Assembly: GCA_963169765.1 (NCBI GenBank)
Contig: CAUJEN010000043.1
Coordinates: 20,164 to 84,163, forward strand
Source: Vulcanimicrobiota bacterium
Lineage (GTDB): Bacteria; Vulcanimicrobiota; Xenobia; Xenobiales; QWHO01
Length of the DNA: 64,000 bases
Reading direction: 5' to 3'
Below the pieces are notes generated by a model. It was not told the DNA's origin, searched no databases, and worked only from the letters and a program-made list of their open reading frames with translations. Below are positions 8,294 to 17,466 of this stretch, piece by piece (within the stretch, counting starts at the first letter, position 1; each line of letters starts with the position of its first letter). The translations under genes and the position numbers were made by a program.

Positions 8294-10147
8294 TCATCGC
8301 ACGACCTTCAGATCGCGCAGGTTGACCCGTCCCGGCCCCAGCACATAGACCCCGAAGGTGGGCACCTCGGTGGTGACCGGGACCGAGAGGGCCAGGCTGC
8401 CCACTCGCGCTTCCAGACGATCCCTGTCGAGCAGGATGAGCCGCACGAAGAAGGTCCTGCCCGAGGGAGCCTTGCGGAACTCGCCCGGGGGAGCGAGCTG
8501 AAAGAACATGCCCGGATGGCGCACGTCGGCCAGGGGCTGCATGCGCACCGCCGGGACCAGGCCGACCTGATAATCAAGCTCGGCAGGGTCAAAGCGCAGC
8601 CAGAGTGCCGCTCCGGTGCTGCGGCTCGGCGAGTCGGACGTTTCCGGACGCGATTCGCCCGTGTAGACCAACAGATCCGGGTCGCCCTGCTCGATGGACA
8701 TGGTGAAGGAGAGCTCGCTCATCGGCCTGAGGGGCGAGTAGACCACCAGGGCCGGCGTGTCTTCTCCGGCCACCAGGTCGAGCGTGCCTCCGGGCCCGGC
8801 GCGCACGCCCTCGCGGGCCACCGAGGCCCCCCCCACGGCCAGGCGGGCGGCCAGGGCGATGCGTTTGTGCTCGCTGCGTCCCTCCAGATAGCGCATCAGG
8901 CCCGCGGTCGCTACCACCAGCACCAGGAAGATCACAACCGGGTGGGTGTAGACGGGCGGGTGAGCGGCCTTGAGGTTGCGGATGAACTCCAGGTCGTCTT
9001 CTTCCTCGACCACCCGGAAGGCGTGCTGCTGGGGAACCGGGACGGTTTCCCGGCGTCCGGGCACCTGGCGCGTCTTGGCCGCCGCTACCCAGCGCTGCAC
9101 GCCGCTCGAATCGTCCTCTTCTTCTTCAGCGGGCTCTTCAAAGGCCTGGCTTCGCGCGTCGGGGCGAGACGCCGGGCCCTGGGCGAGCAGGGCCTGGTCG
9201 AGCCAGTTGTAGCTGGAGATGCGCTCGTTGACCGGCGTTTCCGGGGCTTCGACCTCCTCGGTGTAGGTGCCGCTGGCCTCCAGGAAGTAGTCCGGTCGCA
9301 CGGTCTGGTCCGGCAGGCCGCTCCCCATCTCGTTGAGGCAGACCTCCAGCTCGCCGCGAAACTCACCCAGGCTGGCCTGACGGTTTGCGGCGGCAAAGCT
9401 GCAGGCCCGGTCCAGGGCCGCGATCAGGCGAGGGGGGAGATCGGGCCGGGTCTCCTGCAGCAGCTTGACCTCGAACGGAGCGGGCTGGTTGCCGGTGAGC
9501 AGGTGGTTGAGGGTGACCGCCAGGGAGTAGAGGTCCGAGCGCGGCTCGGGATGGCCCTGGGCCTGCTCCACCGAGCAGTAGCCCAGGGTGCCCACCTGGG
9601 TCTTGGTGGAGCGGCTGCCCGTGTAGGCTCGAGCCAGGCCGAAGTCGACCAGCACCAGACGCTCGGTGCGGTCGCGCAGGATCACGTTGGAGGGCTTGAT
9701 GTCGCGGTGCAGGATACCGCGGGCGTGGATATACTCCAGGATGACGCACAACTGCAGACCAAAGTGCAGCACCTGGCGATCGACCAGCGGGTCACTCTCC
9801 TGAAGGATCCAGTTGCGCCCCTGCCCGCGCACCTTGTAGACCCAGTCGTCCAGGTTCTGGCCCTCGATGAACTCCATCACCATGCAAGGGCACTGCTCTT
9901 CCAGGAAAAAGTCGAGCACCCGGGGGATGCCCGGGTGATCGAGGGCCTTCAACGTATCGAACTCGGCCCGGAATTTCTGGAACGGGTCGTAGATCTCGAC
10001 CGGGTCGTCCTCGTCGAGCAGCATGCGCTTGACGGCAACGTGCCAACCGCTCATCAGGTCGGTGGCCTGATAGACCTCGCCCATCCCGCCGACTCCCAGA
10101 CGCTTCTCGATCTGGAATCGACCCTGGAGAACCCCCTTGAGGGCCAC
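8294..10147 (-). CDS. Serine/threonine protein kinase, membrane-anchored with ~190-aa extracytoplasmic C-terminal domain
   Basis: Hanks kinase motifs 'VAVKRM', 'HRDIKPSNVIL', 'DFGLAR', 'GTLGYCSVEQ'. Predicted TM 'VVIFLVLVVATAGLM' at ~residue 400. C-terminal domain of unknown fold. Confidence 0.85.
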   Translation of the reverse strand: MALKGVLQGRFQIEKRLGVGGMGEVYQATDLMSGWHVAVKRMLLDEDDPVEIYDPFQKFRAEFDTLKALDHPGIPRVLDFFLEEQCPCMVMEFIEGQNLDDWVYKVRGQGRNWILQESDPLVDRQVLHFGLQLCVILEYIHARGILHRDIKPSNVILRDRTERLVLVDFGLARAYTGSRSTKTQVGTLGYCSVEQAQGHPEPRSDLYSLAVTLNHLLTGNQPAPFEVKLLQETRPDLPPRLIAALDRACSFAAANRQASLGEFRGELEVCLNEMGSGLPDQTVRPDYFLEASGTYTEEVEAPETPVNERISSYNWLDQALLAQGPASRPDARSQAFEEPAEEEEDDSSGVQRWVAAAKTRQVPGRRETVPVPQQHAFRVVEEEDDLEFIRNLKAAHPPVYTHPVVIFLVLVVATAGLMRYLEGRSEHKRIALAARLAVGGASVAREGVRAGPGGTLDLVAGEDTPALVVYSPLRPMSELSFTMSIEQGDPDLLVYTGESRPETSDSPSRSTGAALWLRFDPAELDYQVGLVPAVRMQPLADVRHPGMFFQLAPPGEFRKAPSGRTFFVRLILLDRDRLEARVGSLALSVPVTTEVPTFGVYVLGPGRVNLRDLKVVR

Positions 10148-10150
10148 TGG

Positions 10151-10486
10151 CTACTTGACCGGCGTCACCTTGGGCAGCTCGGCCACCATCTTCTGCAACT
10201 CGCCGTCCTGGTACATGTCCATCAGGATGTCCGAGCCGCCGATGAACTGGCCCTTGATGTAGCACTGCGGGAAGGTGGGCCAGTCGGAGAACTCCTTGAG
10301 AGCCAGGCGAAGCTCGTCCGAATCGAGGATGTTGACGTCGTGGATCTTGACCCCCACCGCCTGCAGCACCTGGGCGGCGCGGGCGGAGAAGCCGCACATG
10401 GGGATCATGGCCGTGCCCTTCATGTAGAGCACCACGTCGTTGTCTTTGACCTCGTTGGTCAGCCGTTCTTTCATTTCAGGGGTCAT
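10151..10486 (-). CDS. grxD: Monothiol glutaredoxin (Grx4 family, CGFS)
   Basis: 'YMKGTAMIPMCGFS' CGFS active site and 'GGSDIL' tail. ATG 10486 preferred over the TTG at 10501. Confidence 0.85.
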   Translation of the reverse strand: MTPEMKERLTNEVKDNDVVLYMKGTAMIPMCGFSARAAQVLQAVGVKIHDVNILDSDELRLALKEFSDWPTFPQCYIKGQFIGGSDILMDMYQDGELQKMVAELPKVTPVK

Positions 10487-10497
10487 GACGATTCCTT

Positions 10498-10722
10498 TCA
10501 ACCTTCGGGCACCCGCGTCGTCAGGGCCAGCGCGTGCAGCGCACCGTCGAACGCATTGCCCAGAATCTGATAAATCAGCTTGTGCTGTTGCACCCGGCTC
10601 AGGCCTCGGAAGCGCTCGCTGACAATCACGGCTTGAAAGTGGACCCCGTCATCGCCCTGAACATCAACTTCCGCTTCCGGCAACCCGGCCAGGATCTTGT
10701 GGCGTATCTCTTCTGCAGTCAT
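10498..10722 (-). CDS. BolA family protein
   Basis: 'VDVQGDDGVHFQAVIVSERFRGLSRVQQHKLIY' BolA fold signature. Adjacent to Grx4, the classic BolA-Grx pair. ATG overlaps the upstream phosphatase stop. Confidence 0.8.
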   Translation of the reverse strand: MTAEEIRHKILAGLPEAEVDVQGDDGVHFQAVIVSERFRGLSRVQQHKLIYQILGNAFDGALHALALTTRVPEG

Positions 10723-11189
10723 CAACGATTCCTTTCTTGTGGCCGCTCAGCCCACCAGCGGCCAAAGGCCACCACAAACTCCATCTGCTCTTCGTTCATG
10801 CTCATCCAGCTCACCTCGGTGTGGGATAGCCGGATGGCCTGACCCGGATCCATGCCCCGGGCCACCCGGTAGCAGCTGACGAAGACGCCGGTGCGGCCCA
10901 CGCCGCCCATGCAGTGCACCAGCAGCGGGCCCGAAGGCCGCTCCTGGAACAGGCTCAGGAACTGCTCGATCTGGCGATGCTCGGGACAGGTCCAGTCGCG
11001 CACCGGAAAGTAGTGATAGCGCAGACCGAGCTGCCGACACAGCTCGCGGCTGTGCTCGGACTCCAGGCGCAGGTTGACCACGCCGCCCAGACCCACGGTC
11101 ATCAGGTCGCGCAGATCTTCTTCCTGGGGCTGGGGGCCGCGCATCAACTCCGGGCTGACGCTCACCCAGCGCGACTCAGCGAAATTCAT
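10722..11189 (-). CDS. Dual-specificity/tyrosine protein phosphatase
   Basis: CX5R P-loop 'VHCMGGVGRTG'. 155 aa. Confidence 0.8.
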   Translation of the reverse strand: MNFAESRWVSVSPELMRGPQPQEEDLRDLMTVGLGGVVNLRLESEHSRELCRQLGLRYHYFPVRDWTCPEHRQIEQFLSLFQERPSGPLLVHCMGGVGRTGVFVSCYRVARGMDPGQAIRLSHTEVSWMSMNEEQMEFVVAFGRWWAERPQERNR

Positions 11190-12085
11190 GGCTCGGGTGA
11201 CTTCTTGCGGATCCGCTCGAACAGCTTGCGCAGATCGGCCGAGGGACCTTCCAGGTGGCTGCGCTGGCGAAAGCCTGGCGTTTCCTCTCCCGAGTCGGCC
11301 CCGAACGGGCCCGGGCTCGCCTCGATATGCTCCTCGCGCGACTCGAGCACCACGCCCTCCCCCGAGACCAGAACCCGTTCCTCGCGCGACTCAAGCACCA
11401 CGACCTCCTCGGAGGCCAGAACCCGTTCCTCGCGCGACTCGACCATCAGGCCCTCACCTTTGGCCGGAGCTCGTTCCCCACACACGGTCAGGTCACGCAC
11501 CAGGCGCTCCTCGCCCGAGTCATCCAGGCCGAGCTGCGAGAAGGGCCCGCGATCATTGCGCGGTTTGGCCCCTTCCACCGTGGGCAGCTGCTTGAGGTCG
11601 TTGAGTCCGAAGTGGCGCAAGAACTCGGCCGTGGTGCCGTACTGGCAGGGCTTGCCCGGCAGCGGGGCTCGTCCCACCTCGCGGATCAAGCGCAGCTCCA
11701 TCAACTGGCTCAGAGGCCGCTCGCTCTTGACGCCGCGATAGGACTCCACCTGGGCCCTGGTGACCGGCTGCTTGTAGGCCACCACCGCCAGCGTTTCCAG
11801 CTGCGAGCGCGAGAGCCGGCGGCGCGACTGCAGCTTGAGCATCTTCTCGATAAAAGGTGCCGCCTCGGGCACGCTGACCAGGCGCACCGCCCCGGCCACC
11901 CGCTGCAGCTCGATGCCCCGCCCGGCCAGCACCTCGGCCAGCCGCTCCAGGTCGCGCTCGATCAGCTCGCGATTCCAGCCGCAAACCTCCTCCAGCTCGC
12001 TCAGTCGCATGGGAGCGGGGTTGCAGAAGAGCAGCGCCTCGATGACCGCCAGCCGCTGGGATGGAGTGACGTCTTCGGCGATCAT
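11186..12085 (-). CDS. scpB: Segregation and condensation protein B with C-terminal 16-aa tandem repeats
   Basis: 'PSQRLAVIEALLFCNPAPMRLSELEEV' ScpB winged-helix N-terminus. ATGA overlap with scpA. C-terminus has three 'VVLESREERVL' repeats. Confidence 0.8.
   Translation of the reverse strand: MIAEDVTPSQRLAVIEALLFCNPAPMRLSELEEVCGWNRELIERDLERLAEVLAGRGIELQRVAGAVRLVSVPEAAPFIEKMLKLQSRRRLSRSQLETLAVVAYKQPVTRAQVESYRGVKSERPLSQLMELRLIREVGRAPLPGKPCQYGTTAEFLRHFGLNDLKQLPTVEGAKPRNDRGPFSQLGLDDSGEERLVRDLTVCGERAPAKGEGLMVESREERVLASEEVVVLESREERVLVSGEGVVLESREEHIEASPGPFGADSGEETPGFRQRSHLEGPSADLRKLFERIRKKSPEP
11330..11470 (-). repeat. ~48-nt tandem repeat (x~2.7) inside scpB 3' region
   Basis: Nucleotide units 'ctcgcgcgactc[g/a]agcaccacg[c/a]cctcc...cagaacccgttc' repeat in tandem, encoding repeated ESREERVL peptides. 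Confidence 0.6.
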
Positions 12086-12840
12086 GCGGCCTCCCTGACC
12101 TCGACCTGGATGTCGCCTTCGTGGCTTTCCTGGCGAAGGTGCAACTGCTGGCGGCGGGCCATCTCGAGCAGAGCCAGGAAGGTGACCACCACCCAGGCTT
12201 TCCCCTTGCGACCCTCGAGCAGCTCGCGAAAGAACCAGCGCGGCCGCTCGAACAAGCGCGTGAGGATCTGCCCGATGCGCTCGGGCAGCGAGAAGGAGAT
12301 CTTCTCCACCGACATGGGCGGGCGGGGAGCCCGGGGCGAGATCTCCAGGCGCCGCATGGCGTCGGCCAGCGAGTCGGCCGAGACCTCGAGCTCCGGCCAC
12401 TCCAGCTCGGGCAGGGCCGCGTTGCGCGGATAGCGGGCGGCGCTGGCACCCTCGCGCTCGGCCAGCCAGTCGGCCGCTTCCTTGAAGGACTGATATTCCT
12501 TGAGCTTCTCGACCAGCTCCTGGGCCGGATCCTTCAGCCCCTCCGCCTTGTCCACCGCGTCGCTGTCTTCTTCGGGCTCGTCGCTGGGGGGCAAGAGCAG
12601 GCGCGACTTGATCTCAAGCAACTGGGCGAAGACCACCAGATACGAGCTCTCGATCTCCACGTTCAGGCCCTGGAGGGTCTCGAGGTAGGTGCGGTACTGG
12701 TCGGCCACCCGGGCCAGCGAGATGGCCGTGATGTCGAGCCTGGCCTGGCCCACCAGGGTGAGCAAGAGCTCGAGCGGACCGTTGAATTGGGGCAGCTCGA
12801 CCTGGTAGTTGGACTGCTCGGTGCGGGTCAGCTTAAGCAC
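12082..12840 (-). CDS. scpA: Segregation and condensation protein A
   Basis: 'FNGPLELLLTLVGQARLDITAISLARVADQY' ScpA N-terminal signature. GTG start. Overlaps the upstream S2P gene stop by 8 nt. Confidence 0.85.
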   Translation of the reverse strand: MLKLTRTEQSNYQVELPQFNGPLELLLTLVGQARLDITAISLARVADQYRTYLETLQGLNVEIESSYLVVFAQLLEIKSRLLLPPSDEPEEDSDAVDKAEGLKDPAQELVEKLKEYQSFKEAADWLAEREGASAARYPRNAALPELEWPELEVSADSLADAMRRLEISPRAPRPPMSVEKISFSLPERIGQILTRLFERPRWFFRELLEGRKGKAWVVVTFLALLEMARRQQLHLRQESHEGDIQVEVREAA

Positions 12841-13459
12841 GCAGCACCACCGTGCGCCAGAACAGGCTGTAGACGGGATTGAGCGGGTTGAGCGCGGGCA
12901 CGGCCAAAAAGACGATGATCAAGACCAGCAGGGCGGTCATGCCGGCTTTGACCTCGAGCCGCTGCATCTCGCGGGCGGTGGAGCGGGGCACGAAAGCCTG
13001 CAGGATCTTCCAGCCGTCCAGCGGGGGGCAGGGCAGGCAGTTGAACAGGGCCAGGGCCAGGTTGACCCCGCACAGGATGGCCAGGAAGCTGAAGAGCAGG
13101 CCCTCGGGCGGCATCAGCATGAGGGGCACCACCAGCAGGGCGGTCAGCACGTAGTTGGCCAGCGGCCCGGCAAAGGCCACCAGGGCGGCATCGCGGATGG
13201 GGTGACGAAAGTTGTCCGAGTCGAACTGCACCGGCTTGCCCCAGCCCACCGGCACGCCGGTGAAGACGAAGGTCAGCGTGATCAGGCCCACGATCAGCCA
13301 CTCCACGTGCTTGAGGGGATTGAAGGTCAGCCGTCCCTCATACTTGGCGGTAGGGTCGCCGAGCTGGTAGCACATCCAGCCGTGGGCATACTCGTGCACG
13401 GTGAAGGCCAGAACAAGGGAAACCACCACAAATCCGATCTGGATCGGATCGGTAATCAT
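12833..13459 (-). CDS. Site-2 protease family (M50) zinc metalloprotease
   Basis: 'VHEYAHGWM' HExxH in a TM helix and the 'NCLPCPPLDG' LDG motif. Polytopic membrane protein. ATG directly abuts the stop of the upstream CCA gene. Confidence 0.8.
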   Translation of the reverse strand: MITDPIQIGFVVVSLVLAFTVHEYAHGWMCYQLGDPTAKYEGRLTFNPLKHVEWLIVGLITLTFVFTGVPVGWGKPVQFDSDNFRHPIRDAALVAFAGPLANYVLTALLVVPLMLMPPEGLLFSFLAILCGVNLALALFNCLPCPPLDGWKILQAFVPRSTAREMQRLEVKAGMTALLVLIIVFLAVPALNPLNPVYSLFWRTVVLRA

Positions 13460-16045
13460 TCAAGCTCGTTCCACCTTATCCGGCATGATTCCTGCGTTCC
13501 GGGCGGATCCGAAGTTCTGTTCGACCCAGCGACGAGGGTCGGGCAGGCCGCGGTCGAGCTGCTCCTCGCGCGCTCGGGTCAGGATCTGCTTGAAGAGAGG
13601 CCCGGGCTGAAAACCCTGCTCGAGCAGATCGCGACCCCGCAGCACCGGGGGCAGGTGCTGCAGGTCGGCCATGTAGTGGCGGATGCGCGTGTGCAATGGC
13701 TCAGAGGCGTTGAAGGCCAGTAGCCAGAGCAGGGCCTCGCGGGGCAGGGGGGCGAGCAGCCGTTCCAGCTCGCTGTCCTTGAGATCGCGCGAGCTCAGGG
13801 AGCGCAGCACCCGGTTGGCTCGAAAACTCTCCTCCAGTCCGGGTAGCACTTGCAGGCGGAAGCGACGGCGCAGGGCCTCGGTCTCCGCGGGCTTGAGGCT
13901 GGACATCAGGGCCAGAAGGGCCAGCAGCCAGGGGGGATCGGAGCGACCGAACTCGTGCTCCACCGCCTGCACCCGCCGCATGGTGCGCTCCACCCTCGTG
14001 CTCAGGGCCAGCGAGGGGTGCAGGCGGGGCAAGATCCTCAGCTTGTGCAGTCGCTCGATGGCCGGCAGGGGGTCGCGCTCGGACAAAATGATCAAAAGCT
14101 CGTCGCGCAATCGCTCGGCCGAGACCATCTCCAGGGCGCCCTCGAGCAGGGCCTGCTTGAGCAGGTGCTCGGTGGTCGGGTCGAGCCGGAAGTCGAGCCG
14201 GGCTTCGAAGCGGATGGCTCTCAGAATGCGGGTGGGGTCGTCGAGAAAGGAGTGGTTGTGCAGCACCCGGATGCGCCCATCGGTCAGGTCGCGGCGAGCC
14301 CCGAAGTAGTCCACCAGCTGGCCGAAGTGCGTGCTGGATAGTCGCACCGCCATGGCGTTCACCGAAAAATCCCGCCGGGCCAGGTCTTGCTTGAGGGTAC
14401 TGCCCTGCACCACGGGCAGGGCGGCGGGACGGGTGTAGATCTCGGTGCGGGCGGTGGCCAGATCGATGCGCCGCCCGTCCGGCCAGACCACCGAGGCGGT
14501 GCGGAAGCGCTCGTGGGGCAGCACCCGGGCCGGCCCCAGCCGCTCGGCCACCTTGTCGGCCAGCTCGCGGGCCGGGCCTTCCACCACCAGGTCGATGTCC
14601 TGCTCGCATTCGCGACCGAGCAACAGGTCGCGCACCGCCCCGCCCACCAGGAAGACCTCGTGGCCCTCCTGCTGGGCCACCTCGCCGATGTGGCGCAGCA
14701 GCCCCTCCAGCGAGGCGGGCATGGTCACGGTGACGCTCTCCTGGGTTCGGGCGGCCTGGGCCGAGTGCAGCCAGCGCAGCACGTCGGTGCGGCTGACGAT
14801 GCCCACCAGCTCGCCCCGCTCGATGACCGGCACCCGCCCGATGTCGCGCTCCACCAGCAGGCGCTGGATCTCGTCCAGGCGCGCTTCGGGCTCGACCGAG
14901 ACGATCTCGGTGGACATGTAGGTCGTGACCGGCGCGTGGCCCAGGTTGTGAGCGATGGCTTTGTCCAGGTCGCTGCGGGCGATCCAGCCCACCAGCTTGC
15001 CCTCGCGAGCCAGCCCCGCGGCCGTGTGGCCAAGCTCGCGCAGGCCCCGGGCCGCCTCGGCCACGGTCAGGTGGTCGAGCTCGAGCATGTGCACCGGGCT
15101 GGTCATCAGCTCGCGGGCGGTGGGCTTGCCAGGCAGCACCTCACACAGGCGCTCGAGCAGCCGCTGTTCCAGCTCGCTCAAAGGCTCGACCGGGATCGAG
15201 GCCGAGGCGGCCGCCCCGTGCCCGCCGCCTCCCAGCTCGCCCAGCAGATGTCCGAGCTGGGCCGTCTCGCTGTTGGCCCGACCGACCACATAGATGGTGT
15301 CCTCCATGCGCACCAGGGTCAGCACCACCTCCACCCCCAGCATCTCCAGCAGGCGGGTGGTCAAGAGGGCCAGATCGCCCACGAACTCCTCGCGCTCGGC
15401 GCTGGCCAGAGCGACCGTGGTTCCCTCCAGGTTGTGCAGGTGGGCGTTCTCCATCAGCTCGCTCAGGAGCTGGCGCTGGGGCACGTTCAGGGTCTGGCCC
15501 ACGAAGACGTTGACCATGGCCAGCCGCGCCCCCCGCTCCATCAGCCAGGCGCCCATGGCCAGATCTTCGGCGGTGGTGCCGGCGTGGGTGAACGAGCCCG
15601 TTTCTTCATGCAGGGCCAGCAGGCACAGGGTAGCCTCCTCCACCGTCAGCTCCAGGTTCTTCTGGCGCAGCCTCTTGAGCAGCACGGTCACGGCCGCCCC
15701 CATCGGCTCGGTGACGTCCAGGTCGCCCTGCACCCCCTCCGGGGTGGGGGGATGGTGGTCGTAGACGTGAAGCGAGATCTGGGGCTCGCTGACGAGGTTT
15801 CGCAGGGGGCCGAGGCGAGCCGGGTTGCGGGTGTCCACCAGCACGATGCGCTCGGGGCGCTGGTCCTTGAGCTCGTGGGCGTAGCTGACCGAGAAGACCC
15901 CTCGGTGGAGGGCCAGAAAGCGCCTGAGCGAGGGCTCGGGCGGCCCGATCAGCACCAATCGCGCGCCAGGATAGAGCTTGCTGGCCACCACCATGGAGGC
16001 AAAGGCGTCGAAGTCGGCCCGCTCGTGGGCCAGGATCCACTGCAC
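13460..16045 (-). CDS. cca: Multidomain CCA-adding tRNA nucleotidyltransferase/poly(A) polymerase with N-terminal DHH-DHHA1 and tandem CBS domains
   Basis: N-terminus 'ILAHERADFDAFAS' (DHH motif I), 'VYDHHPP' (DHH motif III) and 'GGGGHGAAAS' (DHHA1). Two CBS segments (~'LMTSPVHML...', '...IGRVPVIERGELVGIVSRTDVL'). C-terminus 'FLVGGAVRDLLLGRECEQDIDLVVEG...RDFSVNAMAV' is the pol-beta head domain. GTG start at 16045 inferred from DHH motif position. Confidence 0.8.
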   Translation of the reverse strand: MQWILAHERADFDAFASMVVASKLYPGARLVLIGPPEPSLRRFLALHRGVFSVSYAHELKDQRPERIVLVDTRNPARLGPLRNLVSEPQISLHVYDHHPPTPEGVQGDLDVTEPMGAAVTVLLKRLRQKNLELTVEEATLCLLALHEETGSFTHAGTTAEDLAMGAWLMERGARLAMVNVFVGQTLNVPQRQLLSELMENAHLHNLEGTTVALASAEREEFVGDLALLTTRLLEMLGVEVVLTLVRMEDTIYVVGRANSETAQLGHLLGELGGGGHGAAASASIPVEPLSELEQRLLERLCEVLPGKPTARELMTSPVHMLELDHLTVAEAARGLRELGHTAAGLAREGKLVGWIARSDLDKAIAHNLGHAPVTTYMSTEIVSVEPEARLDEIQRLLVERDIGRVPVIERGELVGIVSRTDVLRWLHSAQAARTQESVTVTMPASLEGLLRHIGEVAQQEGHEVFLVGGAVRDLLLGRECEQDIDLVVEGPARELADKVAERLGPARVLPHERFRTASVVWPDGRRIDLATARTEIYTRPAALPVVQGSTLKQDLARRDFSVNAMAVRLSSTHFGQLVDYFGARRDLTDGRIRVLHNHSFLDDPTRILRAIRFEARLDFRLDPTTEHLLKQALLEGALEMVSAERLRDELLIILSERDPLPAIERLHKLRILPRLHPSLALSTRVERTMRRVQAVEHEFGRSDPPWLLALLALMSSLKPAETEALRRRFRLQVLPGLEESFRANRVLRSLSSRDLKDSELERLLAPLPREALLWLLAFNASEPLHTRIRHYMADLQHLPPVLRGRDLLEQGFQPGPLFKQILTRAREEQLDRGLPDPRRWVEQNFGSARNAGIMPDKVERA

Positions 16046-16093
16046 CGGGAGGCCTTCTACAGCGCCCTGCAGGAGCCTGTGGCGAAGGCCTGA
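16014..16093. repeat. Left copy of ~75-80 bp imperfect direct repeat (contains cca start codon + leader)
   Basis: 'tcggcccgctcgtgggccaggatccactgcaccgggaggccttctacagcgccctgcaggagcctgtggcg...ggcctgaa' recurs at 17829-17908 with 3-4 mismatches. Confidence 0.8.
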
Positions 16094-16119
16094 ATCTCCA
16101 TCACTACCTGCCGGTGAGC

Positions 16120-16360
16120 ACGCGCCACCCGGCCCGGCTGTGCGTTTCGCACGTCGAGCTGCCCGCCGCCCTGCACCTGCCGGGCCCCGAGGGCTACCGG
16201 CGCTTCGAGCTCGAGACGAACTGGCCCATCGGCTCAGCCGGTATCTGGCCCTGCCCGACCCCACCTGGCGCTGGAGCGGGAGGCGCTTTTCGTCTCCCGC
16301 AACGGCCACCGGCTCACCTACGCCGGCATCGAGACCATCTGCAACGAGCTGGGGGTCTAG
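16120..16360 (+). pseudogene. Tyrosine-recombinase (integrase) C-terminal remnant, frameshifted/truncated
   Basis: Two frames carry integrase-like peptides ('...GPEGYRRFEL...' and 'LEREALFVSRNGHRLTYAGIETICNELGV*'). No intact ORF; catalytic region missing. Weak call. Confidence 0.3.
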
Positions 16361-16453
16361 GTCCGGACCCCGCGCCGCTCTCACGAGGCCCACATGAGCG
16401 AGCTGAGAAGCCGCTGCGCCCCTCTTTCCTAATCGAAATGAGGTGACAATGCG

Positions 16454-16762
16454 ATGCCTGTAGGCTACAATGAAGCCATGGATTACCCCTACATCGTGGA
16501 GACCCCGGGGACTTGTGGCGGTGCACCTCGTCTCGACGGCCACCGCATCCGGGTTTCCCACGTGGCTGCTCTATCTGAGCTGCAAGGCCTGACGCCGGAC
16601 GAGGTCGCTCAGGCCTACCAGTTGACGCTGGCCGAGGTGCACGCCGCGCTGACCTACTACTTCGATCATCTCGAAGACATCCGTCAAGAGTGGCGCGACG
16701 CGGCGCACTTGTTGGAGGAGACCAAGAAGCTCTTCCCCTCTCGGCTGCCTGAGCGTGTCTGA
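16454..16762 (+). CDS. DUF433-domain protein (putative antitoxin of DUF433/DUF5615 pair)
   Basis: 'YIVETPGTCGGAPRLDGHRIRVSHVA...LTPDEVAQAYQLTLAEVHAALTYY' matches the DUF433 pattern. 3' end overlaps the downstream gene by 8 nt. Confidence 0.75.
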   Translation: MPVGYNEAMDYPYIVETPGTCGGAPRLDGHRIRVSHVAALSELQGLTPDEVAQAYQLTLAEVHAALTYYFDHLEDIRQEWRDAAHLLEETKKLFPSRLPERV

Positions 16763-17087
16763 CCCAGTCCGCTATTTTCTTGACGAGAACTTCCCCAGAC
16801 CAGTAACCGATGGGCTTCGCTCGCGTGGGATCGATTTCGTGACCGCCCAGGAGTTGGGTCTACGCCAAACGCCGGACGTAGAGTTGCTGGCCCGGGCAGC
16901 TCAGGACCGGCGCGTCATGGTGACCGAGGACCCGGATTTCTTGGAGCTCCACAACCAGGGGCAAGCTCACTGGGGTATCGCCTTTGCGCCGAAAGGCCGC
17001 AGCTTTGGTCAGCGACTCCGCAGCCTGCTGCTCATCTGGGAGGTCTTTACGGCCGAAGAGATGCGCGGCCAGGTAGAGTATCTCTGA
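16755..17087 (+). CDS. DUF5615-family PIN-like nuclease (putative toxin)
   Basis: 'RYFLDENFPRPVTDGLRSRGIDFVT...RRVMVTEDPDF' is the characteristic DUF5615 N-terminus. Typical partner of DUF433. Confidence 0.75.
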   Translation: MSDPVRYFLDENFPRPVTDGLRSRGIDFVTAQELGLRQTPDVELLARAAQDRRVMVTEDPDFLELHNQGQAHWGIAFAPKGRSFGQRLRSLLLIWEVFTAEEMRGQVEYL

Positions 17088-17466
17088 GCCAGGGTCCAGA
17101 CGAGTCAAGCTGGAACTCTATCGGTGTGACGGCTTTCCCCAAAACCCCTGTACAGGGCGAGACCTTTACCCCCCCGAAGCTCACCTGCAAGTGGAATGTC
17201 AATAGATCCCAGGGGGTCCCCACAATGCTCGTTGGTCTCGTCATCGGTGGCGCAGGCGGATATCTCGCACCCGGTCCGATTCTTAAAGGGCTCTCTATTG
17301 TCGGCGGAGGAACGATTTCTAGCCGGTTTCAGTGTCTCGCGCCGAACTCTTCGCGTGGAATTTGAACCGGTAAAGCCTGGTCAACGCGTCCGTTTGATCT
17401 GACCGGAAGAATCGCAGGAAGGAGATGAAATAATTAAGATATTTCAAGAAACAGTGTGATGTTGGT

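Noticed and set aside
8123-10570. 815-aa plus-strand ORF
   Set aside because: It is entirely antisense to the Ser/Thr kinase and grx4. His/Arg/Gly-rich junk with no domain signatures.
14387-16093. 568-aa plus-strand ORF, and other long ORFs antisense to the CCA gene (13701..14609-, 13683..14309+)
   Set aside because: They lie opposite the well-supported DHH-CBS-CCA coding frame. Composition (Q/H/G/R-rich) is characteristic of shadow ORFs in 70% GC DNA.
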